Virus record (IMG/VR): IMGVR_UViG_3300033148_005313
Coordinates: 1 to 60,999 of that record
Source of the DNA: a virus
Lineage: Duplodnaviria; Caudoviricetes
Strand: one strand, 5' to 3'
DNA: 60,999 nt
Part shown: positions 10,707 through 20,107 of the stretch, piece after piece
Numbering within the stretch: the stretch's first letter is position 1
Layout of the letters: the number at the start of each line of letters is the position of its first letter
Notes under the pieces: model-generated
What the model was told of the DNA's origin: nothing
Seen by the model: the letters and a program-made list of their open reading frames with translations, nothing else
Database searches by the model: none
Position numbers and translations under genes: made by a program

Positions 10707-11072
10707 TCACCTCTTACGCTTGCGCTTCCGTCTCCGCCCGGTCGGCTTCACCACGGTCTTGCCCTCGGCGGTTAGCCGATCGATCTCGCGGCGCGTCGGC
10801 TCCGGCAGGTCGTCTACGTCGCCGCCCTTGTCGCGCTGGCCCTTCTCCATCTCACGTTCGTGCTTGTCGTAGCAACCGGCCCGGTACGCGACGATGGCCT
10901 CGATCATGGCCGGGTTGTTGTCGGCGATGCAGTTCCCCCTCGGCAGGATGCCCTGCTCCCAGGCCGCCGCGCACAAGGCCACGTCCTCGAACCACGGAGG
11001 GATGAACTGCCGAAGTCGCTTCCAACCCTTCTCTTCGGCAGCCCATCGGCGTATCAGGCCTCCGATTCGTTT
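10707..11072 (-). CDS. Tail assembly chaperone -1 frameshift extension (gpGT-like)
   Basis: Frame is open back to G-CGA-AAC (11075-11069) near the end of the upstream chaperone, in its -1 frame; directly before the tape measure gene. Confidence 0.65.
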   Translation of the reverse strand, partial: KRIGGLIRRWAAEEKGWKRLRQFIPPWFEDVALCAAAWEQGILPRGNCIADNNPAMIEAIVAYRAGCYDKHEREMEKGQRDKGGDVDDLPEPTRREIDRLTAEGKTVVKPTGRRRKRKRKR

Positions 11073-11641
11073 CGCGACGAACGGCGCTCCCGTGTGAGTC
11101 CGTTGAACAGCATCAGAACGCGCTCCAGCCAGTCGCCGGTGCCGGGCAGCAGGCCGCCGAACACGCGCCGAATCTCCTTCTCGATGCTACCTCGCTCCGT
11201 GGCGCCCTCGACCTTGCGGTTGAAGCCGCCCTTCTCTAACTGCCCATTGACCGTGACGCAGTACTCGCCGATGCCGGCCTGACACAGGTACAGGAACGAG
11301 TCCGCGAGCTGGGGCTTGACCGACCCCTCCATCTCGTTAGTCTCGCCCTCGTCCTCGGTCATCTTCGCCTTGTACCTCACGTCCGAGGCCATCTGACGCC
11401 ACCGGCGTACCTGGAACGAGTCGATGCGACGTAGGACCACGAACTCATCTGGACGACCGGGGATGGGGATATTGGGAGTCAGCTCGTCGGCCGTGAACTG
11501 AGACTCCGCGCTAGCGGCCTCCTCCAATTCCTTGAGGTTCTTCTGCTCATCCTCCGACAACCCGAGCGCCGAGTAGTCAATGTCCTGCACGTCCCCGGCT
11601 TCCTGCAACACATCAGTCACGTCCACGTCAATCTGATCCAT
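11054..11641 (-). CDS. Tail assembly chaperone (gpG-like)
   Basis: Acidic 195 aa protein between tail tube and tape measure genes. Confidence 0.7.
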   Translation of the reverse strand: MDQIDVDVTDVLQEAGDVQDIDYSALGLSEDEQKNLKELEEAASAESQFTADELTPNIPIPGRPDEFVVLRRIDSFQVRRWRQMASDVRYKAKMTEDEGETNEMEGSVKPQLADSFLYLCQAGIGEYCVTVNGQLEKGGFNRKVEGATERGSIEKEIRRVFGGLLPGTGDWLERVLMLFNGLTRERRSSRNESEA

Positions 11642-11987
11642 CGTCTCCTCTCTCTCTCCGCCGGTTCTCCGGCGGCGCCGAATCCATCAGTCGATCCTGT
11701 AGGTCACGCAACGTCTTCAGGTACGTCTGCACGAACTCCTCCGGCTTCAGGTCAGGGGCGATCACCGTGTCCGGGTCTTGCCCCTGGCCGCGCCCGTACA
11801 GGCACGTCTTCTGATACAGCCTCCTGGCCTCGCGCACCTCGTCCGTTCGCGCGAACACCGCGGCCATGCGCTTGCCGCGCCCGACTATTCGATACCCGAC
11901 GGGCTCGATTCCGCAGAGCCCCAACCATGCAACGAGCCCCGAGTCCGCTGTCGCGAACTGACGGGGCCCTCCACCATTGCGTCCCAT
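11628..11987 (-). CDS. Hypothetical protein (DUF5659-like)
   Basis: FATADSGLVAWL..G pattern recalled from small phage DUF5659-like proteins; GAGGAG RBS. Confidence 0.45.
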   Translation of the reverse strand: MGRNGGGPRQFATADSGLVAWLGLCGIEPVGYRIVGRGKRMAAVFARTDEVREARRLYQKTCLYGRGQGQDPDTVIAPDLKPEEFVQTYLKTLRDLQDRLMDSAPPENRRRERGDDGSD

Positions 11988-12117
11988 GCCGATACTCCTC
12001 TCTGTGCCCCCGGCGTACGAAGGGGGTCTCGCTGGCTCACAGGGGTCGCCTGGGCGCCTTCGGAGCCTCGCCCTAGGGGTATACCCCCCATCGGCTCGCA
12101 GGGCACGCCTATGGCGC

Positions 12118-12999
12118 TCAGTACTCCGTCGCGGCCCACGTCAGGGCGGTCGCCACCCACGGCAGTTCCCACTCGATGTCCGGGTCGTCGCCGGGGATCG
12201 ACTGCGTATCGTCCTGAACCTTGAGTCCGGTGATCGTGAGCAGCAGCTCGTCGACGCTCGCCCCCTTGTCCACGAAGCGGAGCACGGGGCTGACGGCCGA
12301 GATCGTGGCGCCCTGTAAGTCCTTACCCGAGTCGTTGAACATGCTGTAGCTACCCGAGAAGTCGATGGGCCCCTCGGTGAGGTAGTCCCACACGCGCCCC
12401 GGGTCGCGGCTCGTGGATGTACTGGCAATCACCGGCACCATGCGGAGGTTGTTCCGGTACTCGCCGGAGATCCCCGACAGCTCGAACTCGCTGTAGATCG
12501 CCTCATGCATCTGCAGCGACGGGTCTTCCGTGAGGAACGACTGAGACTCGGAGAGCACCGGCGACGGCGTCGCGACCTTGCCGCCCATCGCCGTAACCGA
12601 GCATGTGAAGTTCCCCTCGGAGTCGCCGTTGAAGCTCAACGTGTCGAGCTTCGAGTCCTCGACCTGCTTGTCCGCGCCGCCGACAACACCCCACCCCAGT
12701 GTGACATAGGTGAGCGCCGTCGTGATCGGGCTGGCGATACAGTGGTTCAGGAACGCCGCCTGCTCGGTCGACGCCTGCACGGCCGGACAGTCGTACGACA
12801 CCTCGACCCCGGTCATGCCCTCGACCAGCTCGATGATCGCGCGCGAACCGGCGCTCCTCACGGGTTCGACACCGCCGATGATGCGGGCCCGGAAGTTCTC
12901 CCAGTCGCCGGTCGGCAACGTCGGGTTCACGGGCGTGCCCTTGCCGCTCGGCTGCGACGCGTAGTAGAAAAGGCCTTTCCAGCCTCGGTCGTGTCCCAT
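12118..12999 (-). CDS. Major tail (tube) protein
   Basis: 293 aa acidic beta-rich protein after the tail terminator and before the chaperones. Confidence 0.75.
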   Translation of the reverse strand: MGHDRGWKGLFYYASQPSGKGTPVNPTLPTGDWENFRARIIGGVEPVRSAGSRAIIELVEGMTGVEVSYDCPAVQASTEQAAFLNHCIASPITTALTYVTLGWGVVGGADKQVEDSKLDTLSFNGDSEGNFTCSVTAMGGKVATPSPVLSESQSFLTEDPSLQMHEAIYSEFELSGISGEYRNNLRMVPVIASTSTSRDPGRVWDYLTEGPIDFSGSYSMFNDSGKDLQGATISAVSPVLRFVDKGASVDELLLTITGLKVQDDTQSIPGDDPDIEWELPWVATALTWAATEY

Positions 13000-13023
13000 C
13001 GGTCATTGCCTCCCGCGTCAGCG

Positions 13024-13389
13024 TTACACGTCTTCCTCGTCACCCTTCGGAGGAGGGTTGACGAACACCCCTGTCTCTACGATCTCGGACGCCTTCCGAA
13101 TCTCACGTTCGATCCGCGTCTCGCCTGGCTCGCCGGTCGCCTTGGCGGCCCGCTTCAGGCGCTCTATCTGAAGAGGATTGCAGCGATGGTCCTCGGGCGC
13201 CGTCGGCTCGTAGCCCGCCGGGATGAGCGCCCCCGGAGTGTAGACCTTCGTCAGCGCCTCGTGGCAGTCCGGACAGGTCGGAGTTCGGCCCGCCGCGATC
13301 TCGGCATTGACGAAGTCCATGTCGAGCGTCGGTTGCAGCGGTTTGAGCGTCGGTCTCTGTGAGCTGCCTTCGGGCTTGCTCTTGGACAT
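13024..13389 (-). CDS. Hypothetical protein (CPDC...HRC, possibly Zn-binding)
   Basis: ORF with RBS in the neck/tail operon. Confidence 0.55.
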   Translation of the reverse strand: MSKSKPEGSSQRPTLKPLQPTLDMDFVNAEIAAGRTPTCPDCHEALTKVYTPGALIPAGYEPTAPEDHRCNPLQIERLKRAAKATGEPGETRIEREIRKASEIVETGVFVNPPPKGDEEDV

Positions 13390-13398
13390 CTCTCTCTC

Positions 13399-13884
13399 CT
13401 ATCCGTAGACCAGGCGCTTGCCGACCAACGTCATCACGCAGCGCCCGCCCTGCCAGGCCACCTTCTCGTCTGCGCCGTCGTTGCCGGCTGCGCCGCACTC
13501 GCACAGCTTGTTCGGGATCGCGTTCCAGAGCTCGCCCGTGCCGTCCTCGTACTGAGCGTTGTCGAACATGAGCGCCTCGGCTATGGACGCCATCTCCGCC
13601 CCGTCGAGGTAGCCGTCCTCGTTTCCGGTCCACTCCAGGGCGCAGACGACCATGAGCTTGTACATCCCCTGAAACCCGCCGCCTGCGGTGCGACTGTGCC
13701 GCTTGTAGTTCAGGTCGATGACGACCTGCGGAAGCTGGTTCTCCTCGTTCACGAGCACGTCGGCAAAAGTGAACGACGAGATCGCCGGGAGGCCGGCCGC
13801 CGACAACTTCGCGGGCATCCCATCCTCGAGGATGCTCTTGACCGCCTCCATCGCCCTGCGGATCGGGACCGGCGTGTAGGCCAT
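13399..13884 (-). CDS. Tail terminator-like protein
   Basis: Size, position and LPQVVI motif typical of tail completion/terminator proteins. Confidence 0.6.
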   Translation of the reverse strand: MAYTPVPIRRAMEAVKSILEDGMPAKLSAAGLPAISSFTFADVLVNEENQLPQVVIDLNYKRHSRTAGGGFQGMYKLMVVCALEWTGNEDGYLDGAEMASIAEALMFDNAQYEDGTGELWNAIPNKLCECGAAGNDGADEKVAWQGGRCVMTLVGKRLVYG

Positions 13885-13886
13885 CG

Positions 13887-14456
13887 TTACTTGTGCCCCT
13901 TCATCGTCCGGCTGCCGCGACGCATCTTACGCAGCAAGCGCATCCTCAACCGCGACATCACTCGGTTCACGATCTTCCCGCTCTCCTGCTTGATCTTCTG
14001 AAGAATCGGCCGCTCCCGCATCGTGCGGGTCCCGAGGATCAGGAACGCCGCCACCGGCATCGCCACGTTGAGCAGGCGGACCAAGAACTTCTTGCCCTGG
14101 CGCTTCACGCGCGCGGCGCGCCAGCCGGCCCGGAACGTACCGACGTGGGCGTTGATGATGAAGTCCCGCTTCTGCGGTGACCGTTGCGTCGAGTACTTGC
14201 CCGGCCTGCGCGCGCGGAGCTGCTGGCGGGTCATGGTCCCCGACGAGTACTTCTTCGCGCGCTCGACCTGCCAGTCCACGATCTCCGTCAGCGCCGCCGC
14301 CGGAATCTCCTCCGCGTCCTTCGCCGCGACCTTCATCGCACCGCCGATGCTGCGGGCGTTGGACGCAACCCGGATCGTGAAGTTGCGGATTCCGCCGCCG
14401 AACGTGGCGCCGGACATTCCGTAACGACCGCCGCCGCTCGTCAACTTCGTGGGCAT
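13887..14456 (-). CDS. HK97 gp10-like tail completion protein
   Basis: Basic protein with GTFRAGW and FLILGTRTMRERPIL motifs. Confidence 0.75.
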   Translation of the reverse strand: MPTKLTSGGGRYGMSGATFGGGIRNFTIRVASNARSIGGAMKVAAKDAEEIPAAALTEIVDWQVERAKKYSSGTMTRQQLRARRPGKYSTQRSPQKRDFIINAHVGTFRAGWRAARVKRQGKKFLVRLLNVAMPVAAFLILGTRTMRERPILQKIKQESGKIVNRVMSRLRMRLLRKMRRGSRTMKGHK

Positions 14457-14459
14457 AGA

Positions 14460-14855
14460 TCACGTCTGCCTCCGCGTCGTCTGAACCTCGAAGTGCTCGT
14501 CCGCCCCGCCCGGGTTCGGCGATCCCATGATGCCCCAGTTGCGGCCGTCGGCGTCAATGATCACGTTGCCTTCCTCGAGCAGGTCGTTTCCGTCGTCGCT
14601 GCGCGGGTCCTTCGTGTTGCCGTCTGCATCGATGTAGGCGGCGGCGAAGAAGAAGCGCCGCGTGTAGTTGAGCGTTACCGTTCCAATGTCGGTCGCGCCG
14701 ATTCCACGCTTCTCGCCGTCGGCCTTGGCCCGGACGTTGGTCGCCAGCTCTGTCTGCGTGTGGCCCGTCGCCGGCAGGGCGTTGATCGTGAGAACCTCGT
14801 TCTCCCAGTCGGCGAACTGCCAGTCGCCGCGGTAGCCGGTCCAGTCCTCGCTCAC
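14460..14855 (-). CDS. Head-closure (stopper) protein, putative
   Basis: GTG start overlaps the upstream TGA; EGNVIIDADGRNWGI...HFEV; position. Confidence 0.6.
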   Translation of the reverse strand: MSEDWTGYRGDWQFADWENEVLTINALPATGHTQTELATNVRAKADGEKRGIGATDIGTVTLNYTRRFFFAAAYIDADGNTKDPRSDDGNDLLEEGNVIIDADGRNWGIMGSPNPGGADEHFEVQTTRRQT

Positions 14856-15538
14856 AGCGCGACCTCGCTCGTCATGTTGCGAACCTGGGCGCCGTACTGA
14901 GCCACGTACGTCATGATCTCGTCGGACCAGCGACCATCCCCGTAGGACTCGGAGCGGTCGCCGAGCGACTTCGTCTTCAGGCCCTTGTCGCGGAAGCCTC
15001 GGTCGAAGAGCAGCACATCGGCGGCCACGCGGTCGGCCACGGCCTTGCGAACCGCGCCCGGCACGTTGCGCTGACCATAGGAGAGCGTGATCGAGATGTT
15101 GCGCCGGCCGTCGGGCCACCTCGGGAGGTCCAGCCGGCCGCCCCCCCACGACGCTTCGGATACGACGTTGGCCTCGGGCTCGTTCTTTAGGTAGAGGATA
15201 CCTGCCTCGCCGTCGAAGTCGTAGCTCGTGACCGACCCGCCGGAACTGACGTAGGAGACCGAGTCGATGCGCTGGATCGGGGTGTACCGTTTCGGCAGGA
15301 TCAGCTCGTTGGTGCCCGAGCCGTCGACGGTGATCGTCTCCGTGCGCGGGGAGATCGCGTAGCCGACATCGTCCTCGAACTGCGCCGACCATCGCGTGAT
15401 GAGCCCGGCGCCGTCGTCACTGTCCTCCGCACCGACGAGGAACACGTCCTCGTCATCGAGGTCGGCGAGCACGGTCGCGTGGACGAGCCCGCTCACGCGC
15501 TGCCGGATGTCCTGTTCATCGCAGAGGAGGGTCCGCAC
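14852..15538 (-). CDS. Head-tail adaptor protein
   Basis: GTG start at 15538; YG...VPGAVRKAV and KSLGDRSESY motifs typical of adaptors. Confidence 0.75.
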   Translation of the reverse strand: MRTLLCDEQDIRQRVSGLVHATVLADLDDEDVFLVGAEDSDDGAGLITRWSAQFEDDVGYAISPRTETITVDGSGTNELILPKRYTPIQRIDSVSYVSSGGSVTSYDFDGEAGILYLKNEPEANVVSEASWGGGRLDLPRWPDGRRNISITLSYGQRNVPGAVRKAVADRVAADVLLFDRGFRDKGLKTKSLGDRSESYGDGRWSDEIMTYVAQYGAQVRNMTSEVAL

Positions 15539-15870
15539 TACGGTTGCTCCCGCTCGGTGAAGGTGTCGCGACTCTCGTTCTTCGGGTCTGCCTCTGACGT
15601 CACCTCGCCGACCACCGCGAACACCGGCCCTCGGCTGCGCTTCAACGCCTCGGCGCGCTCTTCGTTGGTGTTGCAGCCGACGATCACGATCTCCGGGACG
15701 TCGAGTTCGTTGGCGATGAAACGCCCGTTGGTCCACTGAATCTGCCGAGCCCCGAGCTTCTCGACCATCCTGCCGGTCACCGGGTCTTTGACGACCACGG
15801 GAATCGCGCTCTGAAACGCGATAGATCCTGTCGGGTCGCCTTTCACATGCTCTATCCAGACGCGCGCCAT
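15538..15870 (-). CDS. Hypothetical head-associated protein
   Basis: Follows the capsid gene; GAGGAG RBS. Confidence 0.55.
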   Translation of the reverse strand: MARVWIEHVKGDPTGSIAFQSAIPVVVKDPVTGRMVEKLGARQIQWTNGRFIANELDVPEIVIVGCNTNEERAEALKRSRGPVFAVVGEVTSEADPKNESRDTFTEREQP

Positions 15871-15893
15871 GTGATTACTCCTCTCTGTATGTG

Positions 15894-15925
15894 CGAGGGG
15901 CGGGCGGGTAACCGCCCGCCCCTCG
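15894..15925. terminator. 14-bp GC stem-loop after the capsid gene (terminator or mRNA stabiliser)
   Basis: CGAGGGGCGGGCGG-GTAA-CCGCCCGCCCCTCG; no U-tract on the minus strand. Confidence 0.55.
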
Positions 15926-15954
15926 GCTTTGCGTGAGCGCCCTGCTCACAACGT

Positions 15955-17337
15955 CTACGCGGCCAGCGCGTTGCGAAGCACGCCGTGGGCCGCGCCTCGC
16001 TTGATCGCGAGGGTGCAGTAACTGCGAACCAGGAACTGCTCGTGGTCCGCGGTGGCTCCCAGCTTCTTCAGACCGATCAAGTCGTCGGCGCTGACCGCCT
16101 GTCCCTTCTGAGTCGAGGCCGGAATCTGGGCCCCGTTCTCCGGATCGGCGTTGACCAGGAACACGCACTCCTCGGGAGCGGTCACGCTACCGAGCAGCTC
16201 GGTGTCGGTGATGCTCGAGCTGATCCCGCCGCGCGTCTGCGTGAGGCCGGTATCGATGAGCGTTGTGCTAGCGCTCCCGACCGTGCCGGCGGCGTTGTAG
16301 ACCAGCGCCGGTACGGTCGCCACGAGTACCTCGCCGCCCGTCGCCGTGCCCCGGTAGATCTTGTAGTATAGGGCATCCGAGAACAGCGCGTTGGTGTTGC
16401 CGAACTGGAACGCCGTGACGGTGATCGTCACGATCTGCGTGGCGGTGGCGCCCACGAGGGTGACCCACGCCTCGGCGGAGGCGAGCTGTTCGCCCTCGAC
16501 GGTGACCGGAGCGACCTTGTAGTAGTACGTGTCGTCGGTCATGCTCCCCGTCCCCGGGTCACTGCCAGCGAGGGTGATCGTCCCCATCTTCGCGCGCGGG
16601 CGAGTCTGGTCGGAGGTCAGGATCGGGATGCCCTTGTACGTGGACATCGTGATCCCGAACGCGCCGGCGATCGTGGGAAGTTGTCGTGCGCCGCCGCTGG
16701 AGTACTCCTGCAGCTCGAGCCGCGACCGCATGTGACTCGACATCACGAAGACGCGCGACTCCTCGGCGCCGGCGATGTCGGTAGCATCGATCAGTCCGTT
16801 GATCTCTGCCAACGTCATCGCGTTCCCGCCGCCGTCCTTGCGGTAGATGTTGGCGTCGGCGTCGAACCCGGCCATCATGTACGCGTTGCCGCGGTTGGTG
16901 AGGGCGCCGACCGTGTAGGCGCTCGCGTTGCCGTCGCAACCCCACAGCACGCCGGCCGCGATCTGCATCGCGCAGTTCTCAGTGTGCGCCAGGATCTCCT
17001 CGAGCGCCACGTCGAACTCATCCGGGCCCATCGTCGCGGCGAGGAAGTCGGTGACGAAGCCCTTGGAGCGGACGATCTTGAGGTAGCGCGACTGCGTGCT
17101 GACCGAGGACTGCGTCTGGACGGAGGTCGCAGCGTCGCCCTCCCAGTGGCCGAACGGCTGCTTGTCGCGCCGGCGGAACTTGTGCGGATCGCCGGTCGCC
17201 GGGATCATGTTCAGGTACTTCAAGAGGGGTCGCTTCTTCTGCGCAGCGTCGGTCAGGACCGGATTGAGGTCCCGATCCTGCCACGGCCCGCCGCTGGTTG
17301 ATGCGGACGTGAGTCCCTTGTAGAGCTCCTCGTTCAC
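15955..17337 (-). CDS. Major capsid protein (HK97 fold) with an inserted Ig/FN3-like domain
   Basis: Follows the protease/scaffold gene; E-loop-like N-terminus, TYKGIPILTSD, C-terminal SYCTLAIK...HGVLRN; GGAGGT RBS. Confidence 0.85.
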   Translation of the reverse strand: MNEELYKGLTSASTSGGPWQDRDLNPVLTDAAQKKRPLLKYLNMIPATGDPHKFRRRDKQPFGHWEGDAATSVQTQSSVSTQSRYLKIVRSKGFVTDFLAATMGPDEFDVALEEILAHTENCAMQIAAGVLWGCDGNASAYTVGALTNRGNAYMMAGFDADANIYRKDGGGNAMTLAEINGLIDATDIAGAEESRVFVMSSHMRSRLELQEYSSGGARQLPTIAGAFGITMSTYKGIPILTSDQTRPRAKMGTITLAGSDPGTGSMTDDTYYYKVAPVTVEGEQLASAEAWVTLVGATATQIVTITVTAFQFGNTNALFSDALYYKIYRGTATGGEVLVATVPALVYNAAGTVGSASTTLIDTGLTQTRGGISSSITDTELLGSVTAPEECVFLVNADPENGAQIPASTQKGQAVSADDLIGLKKLGATADHEQFLVRSYCTLAIKRGAAHGVLRNALAA

Positions 17338-17452
17338 GGTGTCGTACCTCCGGTTGTAGTGTTGGCCTTGGCCGCTTCCAGCCTGCGCCGTCGTTGCTGC
17401 GTCGTTAGCTGCGTCGTTGCTGCGAGCCGGTGTTCGGCCGTGACGGGACGGG

Positions 17453-19417
17453 CTACTCAGCCTCGCCCCTCAGGATCTTGCCGTAGTGACTGGTACTCGA
17501 CGGAGCCACACCGCCGCCCTCGGCGGCGGCCTCGTTGACCTGGCCGACCTTGTACGCCACAGCGTCGCCGCGGGTCGGCTCGTCGGTCTCCTGCGCACCG
17601 ACCATGCCGAGTGACTTCTTGAGCTCGGCGCGCTCATCGCCCTTGAGCTTTGCGAGCGCCTTGTCGATCATGTCGCCGACCTCTTCGGCGGTAGCCGGCT
17701 CTTCGTCGCCGTCGCCCTTGGCAGCGTCGTCGCCGTCGCCCTTGTCGGTATCGGCGTCTTCGCCATTGTCGCCGTCGGAGCCATCCTCACCGGCGTCGCC
17801 CTTGCCGGCGTCGGCGGCCTCGGCCTCGTCCTCGGCCTTCTTGAGTTCGGCGACGATACCGGGAATGAGCTCGGTGACGAGCTCGGTAACCTGCTCCTTC
17901 GACATGCCCGAGTGCTGGGCGTCGGGCGACTTCTGCGCGTCCTTCTCGCGCTGCCCGGCCTTCGCCGCGCCAAGGTTGTCGAGGACCGGCAACGAGGCGA
18001 ACGCCTTGCTCAGAAGGTCGGCGCGCGCCTGGCCCTCCTCGACTAGCTCAATCGCCTTGCCCAGGTCGTCCTCCGGCAGGTCGGGGATCAGATCCCCTTC
18101 GTCCCCACCGAACCGCGTGATCAGTCCGTTCGCCGACTCGCGCTGCTTGCCTAGCGAGGCCACCATCTGCTCGGCCTCCTTGCCCTTGTCGTCCGTGCTC
18201 ATGGCATTGCCCTCCGGGTTGGCGGCCTCGCCGCCGTCTACGGTTTCGGTCGTCGCGTCGGCGACCGTTGTAGCTGCTTTGTCGGTCAGTTCCTCGGCTT
18301 CGGCCTTTGACAGCGTGCCGCCCCTCACGAGCGCCTCGACGGCATCCTGGTGCTCGTTGACCGCCGTCACCAGCGCCGCCCGCTTGTCTGGCAGTTCCTC
18401 GGTCGAAGCGCAGAGGATGTTGTCCACCACCGCCTTGAACAGGTCGGTCAGGCGCGGAAGCTCGGTCTTCAGTTTCGCCGCGGTGAGCGCGCCCTCGAAA
18501 CTGTAGACCTCGTAGCCCGCGTACTTGTACTCGTCGTCGTCGGTCTTGACGTAGCCTGTAAGCTCCACGCCGTTCGGCCCGTATACCCTCACCTCGGCCT
18601 TGTCGAGCTCGTCCTTCGGCGCTTCGTCGAGCGCCTTGCTCATCGCGGCGATGGCCCCCATGCGCGGGTTCGCCGCCTTGCCGGCGGGGAGCAGCGCGTG
18701 GTGGTCGAGCCAGCCGTCCCCGATCACACGGACGTAGCCGCCGAGGTCCTTCCTCATTTCGATCTTGACGTCACTGATCCCGCCGTGGACCGAGACGCCT
18801 CGGTCGTCCTCCCCGGCGGCGGCCTTCTCGAACACGTCGTCGGCGCGCGGGTCGTTGGCCCGCAGCTCGAACAGCGTGACGAACGTGTTGTGCTTGACCT
18901 GCTTGCTAAAATCCACGCCTTCGGGGACGTTCAGGTGGGCACCAGGCGTCTCGCCGACCGGGACGACTACGGCTTGCACCGGATCGGCGATAGGGATGTC
19001 CTCAAAGGCTGACTGGTGTGAGTCGACGAGTCCGATCCCGTCCTCGATGGTCTGTTTCGCCATCACATCCAGGAACTCGCGGTCGATCACGTCGGCGACG
19101 GTGGCGAGGCCCGTGCGCTTGTCCCGCCCCTTCTGCAGGTCGGGCCCGTCGTCGGCACAGGCGTACGCCACGTATCGCTTGCCGTCGTCTTCGTACGCCT
19201 TCAGCAGCTCGACTCCAGCCTCGAAGCCTACGCCTTGCTGGTCGACCATATTGCCCCCCTTGGACAGTCGAGACATCGCCGCGCCGCACTCGGGGCACTC
19301 CATCTCGTAGCAGGGAACTCCGGTCTTGTGCAGCGCCGTCGCCCCACACTCGGGACATACGCAGTCACCGTCTGGCCCGTCGCCCGAACCACCAGGCATC
19401 CTGCCCATCGTAGCCAT
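17453..19417 (-). CDS. Prohead protease-scaffold fusion with N-terminal Cys-rich domain
   Basis: DSH, GVSVHG (putative catalytic Ser) and HHALLP..KAANP motifs; long acidic helical C-terminus; directly upstream of capsid. Confidence 0.78.
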   Translation of the reverse strand: MATMGRMPGGSGDGPDGDCVCPECGATALHKTGVPCYEMECPECGAAMSRLSKGGNMVDQQGVGFEAGVELLKAYEDDGKRYVAYACADDGPDLQKGRDKRTGLATVADVIDREFLDVMAKQTIEDGIGLVDSHQSAFEDIPIADPVQAVVVPVGETPGAHLNVPEGVDFSKQVKHNTFVTLFELRANDPRADDVFEKAAAGEDDRGVSVHGGISDVKIEMRKDLGGYVRVIGDGWLDHHALLPAGKAANPRMGAIAAMSKALDEAPKDELDKAEVRVYGPNGVELTGYVKTDDDEYKYAGYEVYSFEGALTAAKLKTELPRLTDLFKAVVDNILCASTEELPDKRAALVTAVNEHQDAVEALVRGGTLSKAEAEELTDKAATTVADATTETVDGGEAANPEGNAMSTDDKGKEAEQMVASLGKQRESANGLITRFGGDEGDLIPDLPEDDLGKAIELVEEGQARADLLSKAFASLPVLDNLGAAKAGQREKDAQKSPDAQHSGMSKEQVTELVTELIPGIVAELKKAEDEAEAADAGKGDAGEDGSDGDNGEDADTDKGDGDDAAKGDGDEEPATAEEVGDMIDKALAKLKGDERAELKKSLGMVGAQETDEPTRGDAVAYKVGQVNEAAAEGGGVAPSSTSHYGKILRGEAE

Positions 19418-19423
19418 GTCGCG

Positions 19424-19921
19424 CTACCTCATGTCCGCTTGTCTGTTGTACCACACGATCCGCGCCCGAACGGTCCAGCCGTAGGAATAGGTGTAGCCGG
19501 CCGCGTCGCTAACAGAGGCCCAGAGATTCTGTCCGTAAACGGGGACATCAATGGCGTACTGGCCCTCGGTCAGGTCCGGCGTCTGGTGTTCCTGCTTCGT
19601 CTCGGCGGACGCGAGCACATCGGTGGAGAGGATGCCCTCGATCAGGCGAGGGTATACGAGCCAGCCCTTCGCCTCCTGGGCCCCGGACGGATCGGCGGCG
19701 GCCGCGTCGAGCCCCGTCGCGAACCGGAGGTCCACGCTAGCGTTCGCGTCACCACCGAAGTCGAGATCGAAGTAAACCCTGGCGAAGTCGTAGGAAGCGT
19801 TGGGGTTTTGCGCGAAGTTGTTCACGGCGGGCAGATCGGTCGCCGAGTCCGCCGCCGCCTGCGTGACAGTGCGCCACGGACCGGAGGCAACGAGCTTTGG
19901 GGCCAGTCCTGCGTTGTCCAT
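19424..19921 (-). CDS. Hypothetical (possibly virion) protein
   Basis: ATG 19921 with AGGAG RBS; first gene of the head operon. Confidence 0.55.
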   Translation of the reverse strand: MDNAGLAPKLVASGPWRTVTQAAADSATDLPAVNNFAQNPNASYDFARVYFDLDFGGDANASVDLRFATGLDAAAADPSGAQEAKGWLVYPRLIEGILSTDVLASAETKQEHQTPDLTEGQYAIDVPVYGQNLWASVSDAAGYTYSYGWTVRARIVWYNRQADMR

Positions 19922-19928
19922 GTGTTGA

Positions 19929-20095
19929 GTTCTCCTCGGCCAGGAGAACAAAAACGACCCCGGCCACTACCTGTGAGGTTGCCCGCGCCGTAGCGCTGGG
20001 ACGTTCCTCTCGGGCAGTGGGCCGGGGCCTCAACGCACTCCTGGTCCCCGAGGACCGGAGGGGGCTCAATGCACGGCGCACTCACAACTGGACCG
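19929..20095 (-). ncRNA. Structured leader RNA upstream of the head operon (candidate attenuator or cis-regulator)
   Basis: Hairpin CTCCGGTCC-TCGG-GGACCAGGAG; long irregular stem capped by GCGC-TACG-GCGC and followed by GTTTTTGTT; SD-sequestering hairpin GTTCTCCT...AGGAGAAC. Confidence 0.45.
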
Positions 20096-20107
20096 CTTGG
20101 CAGGGAA

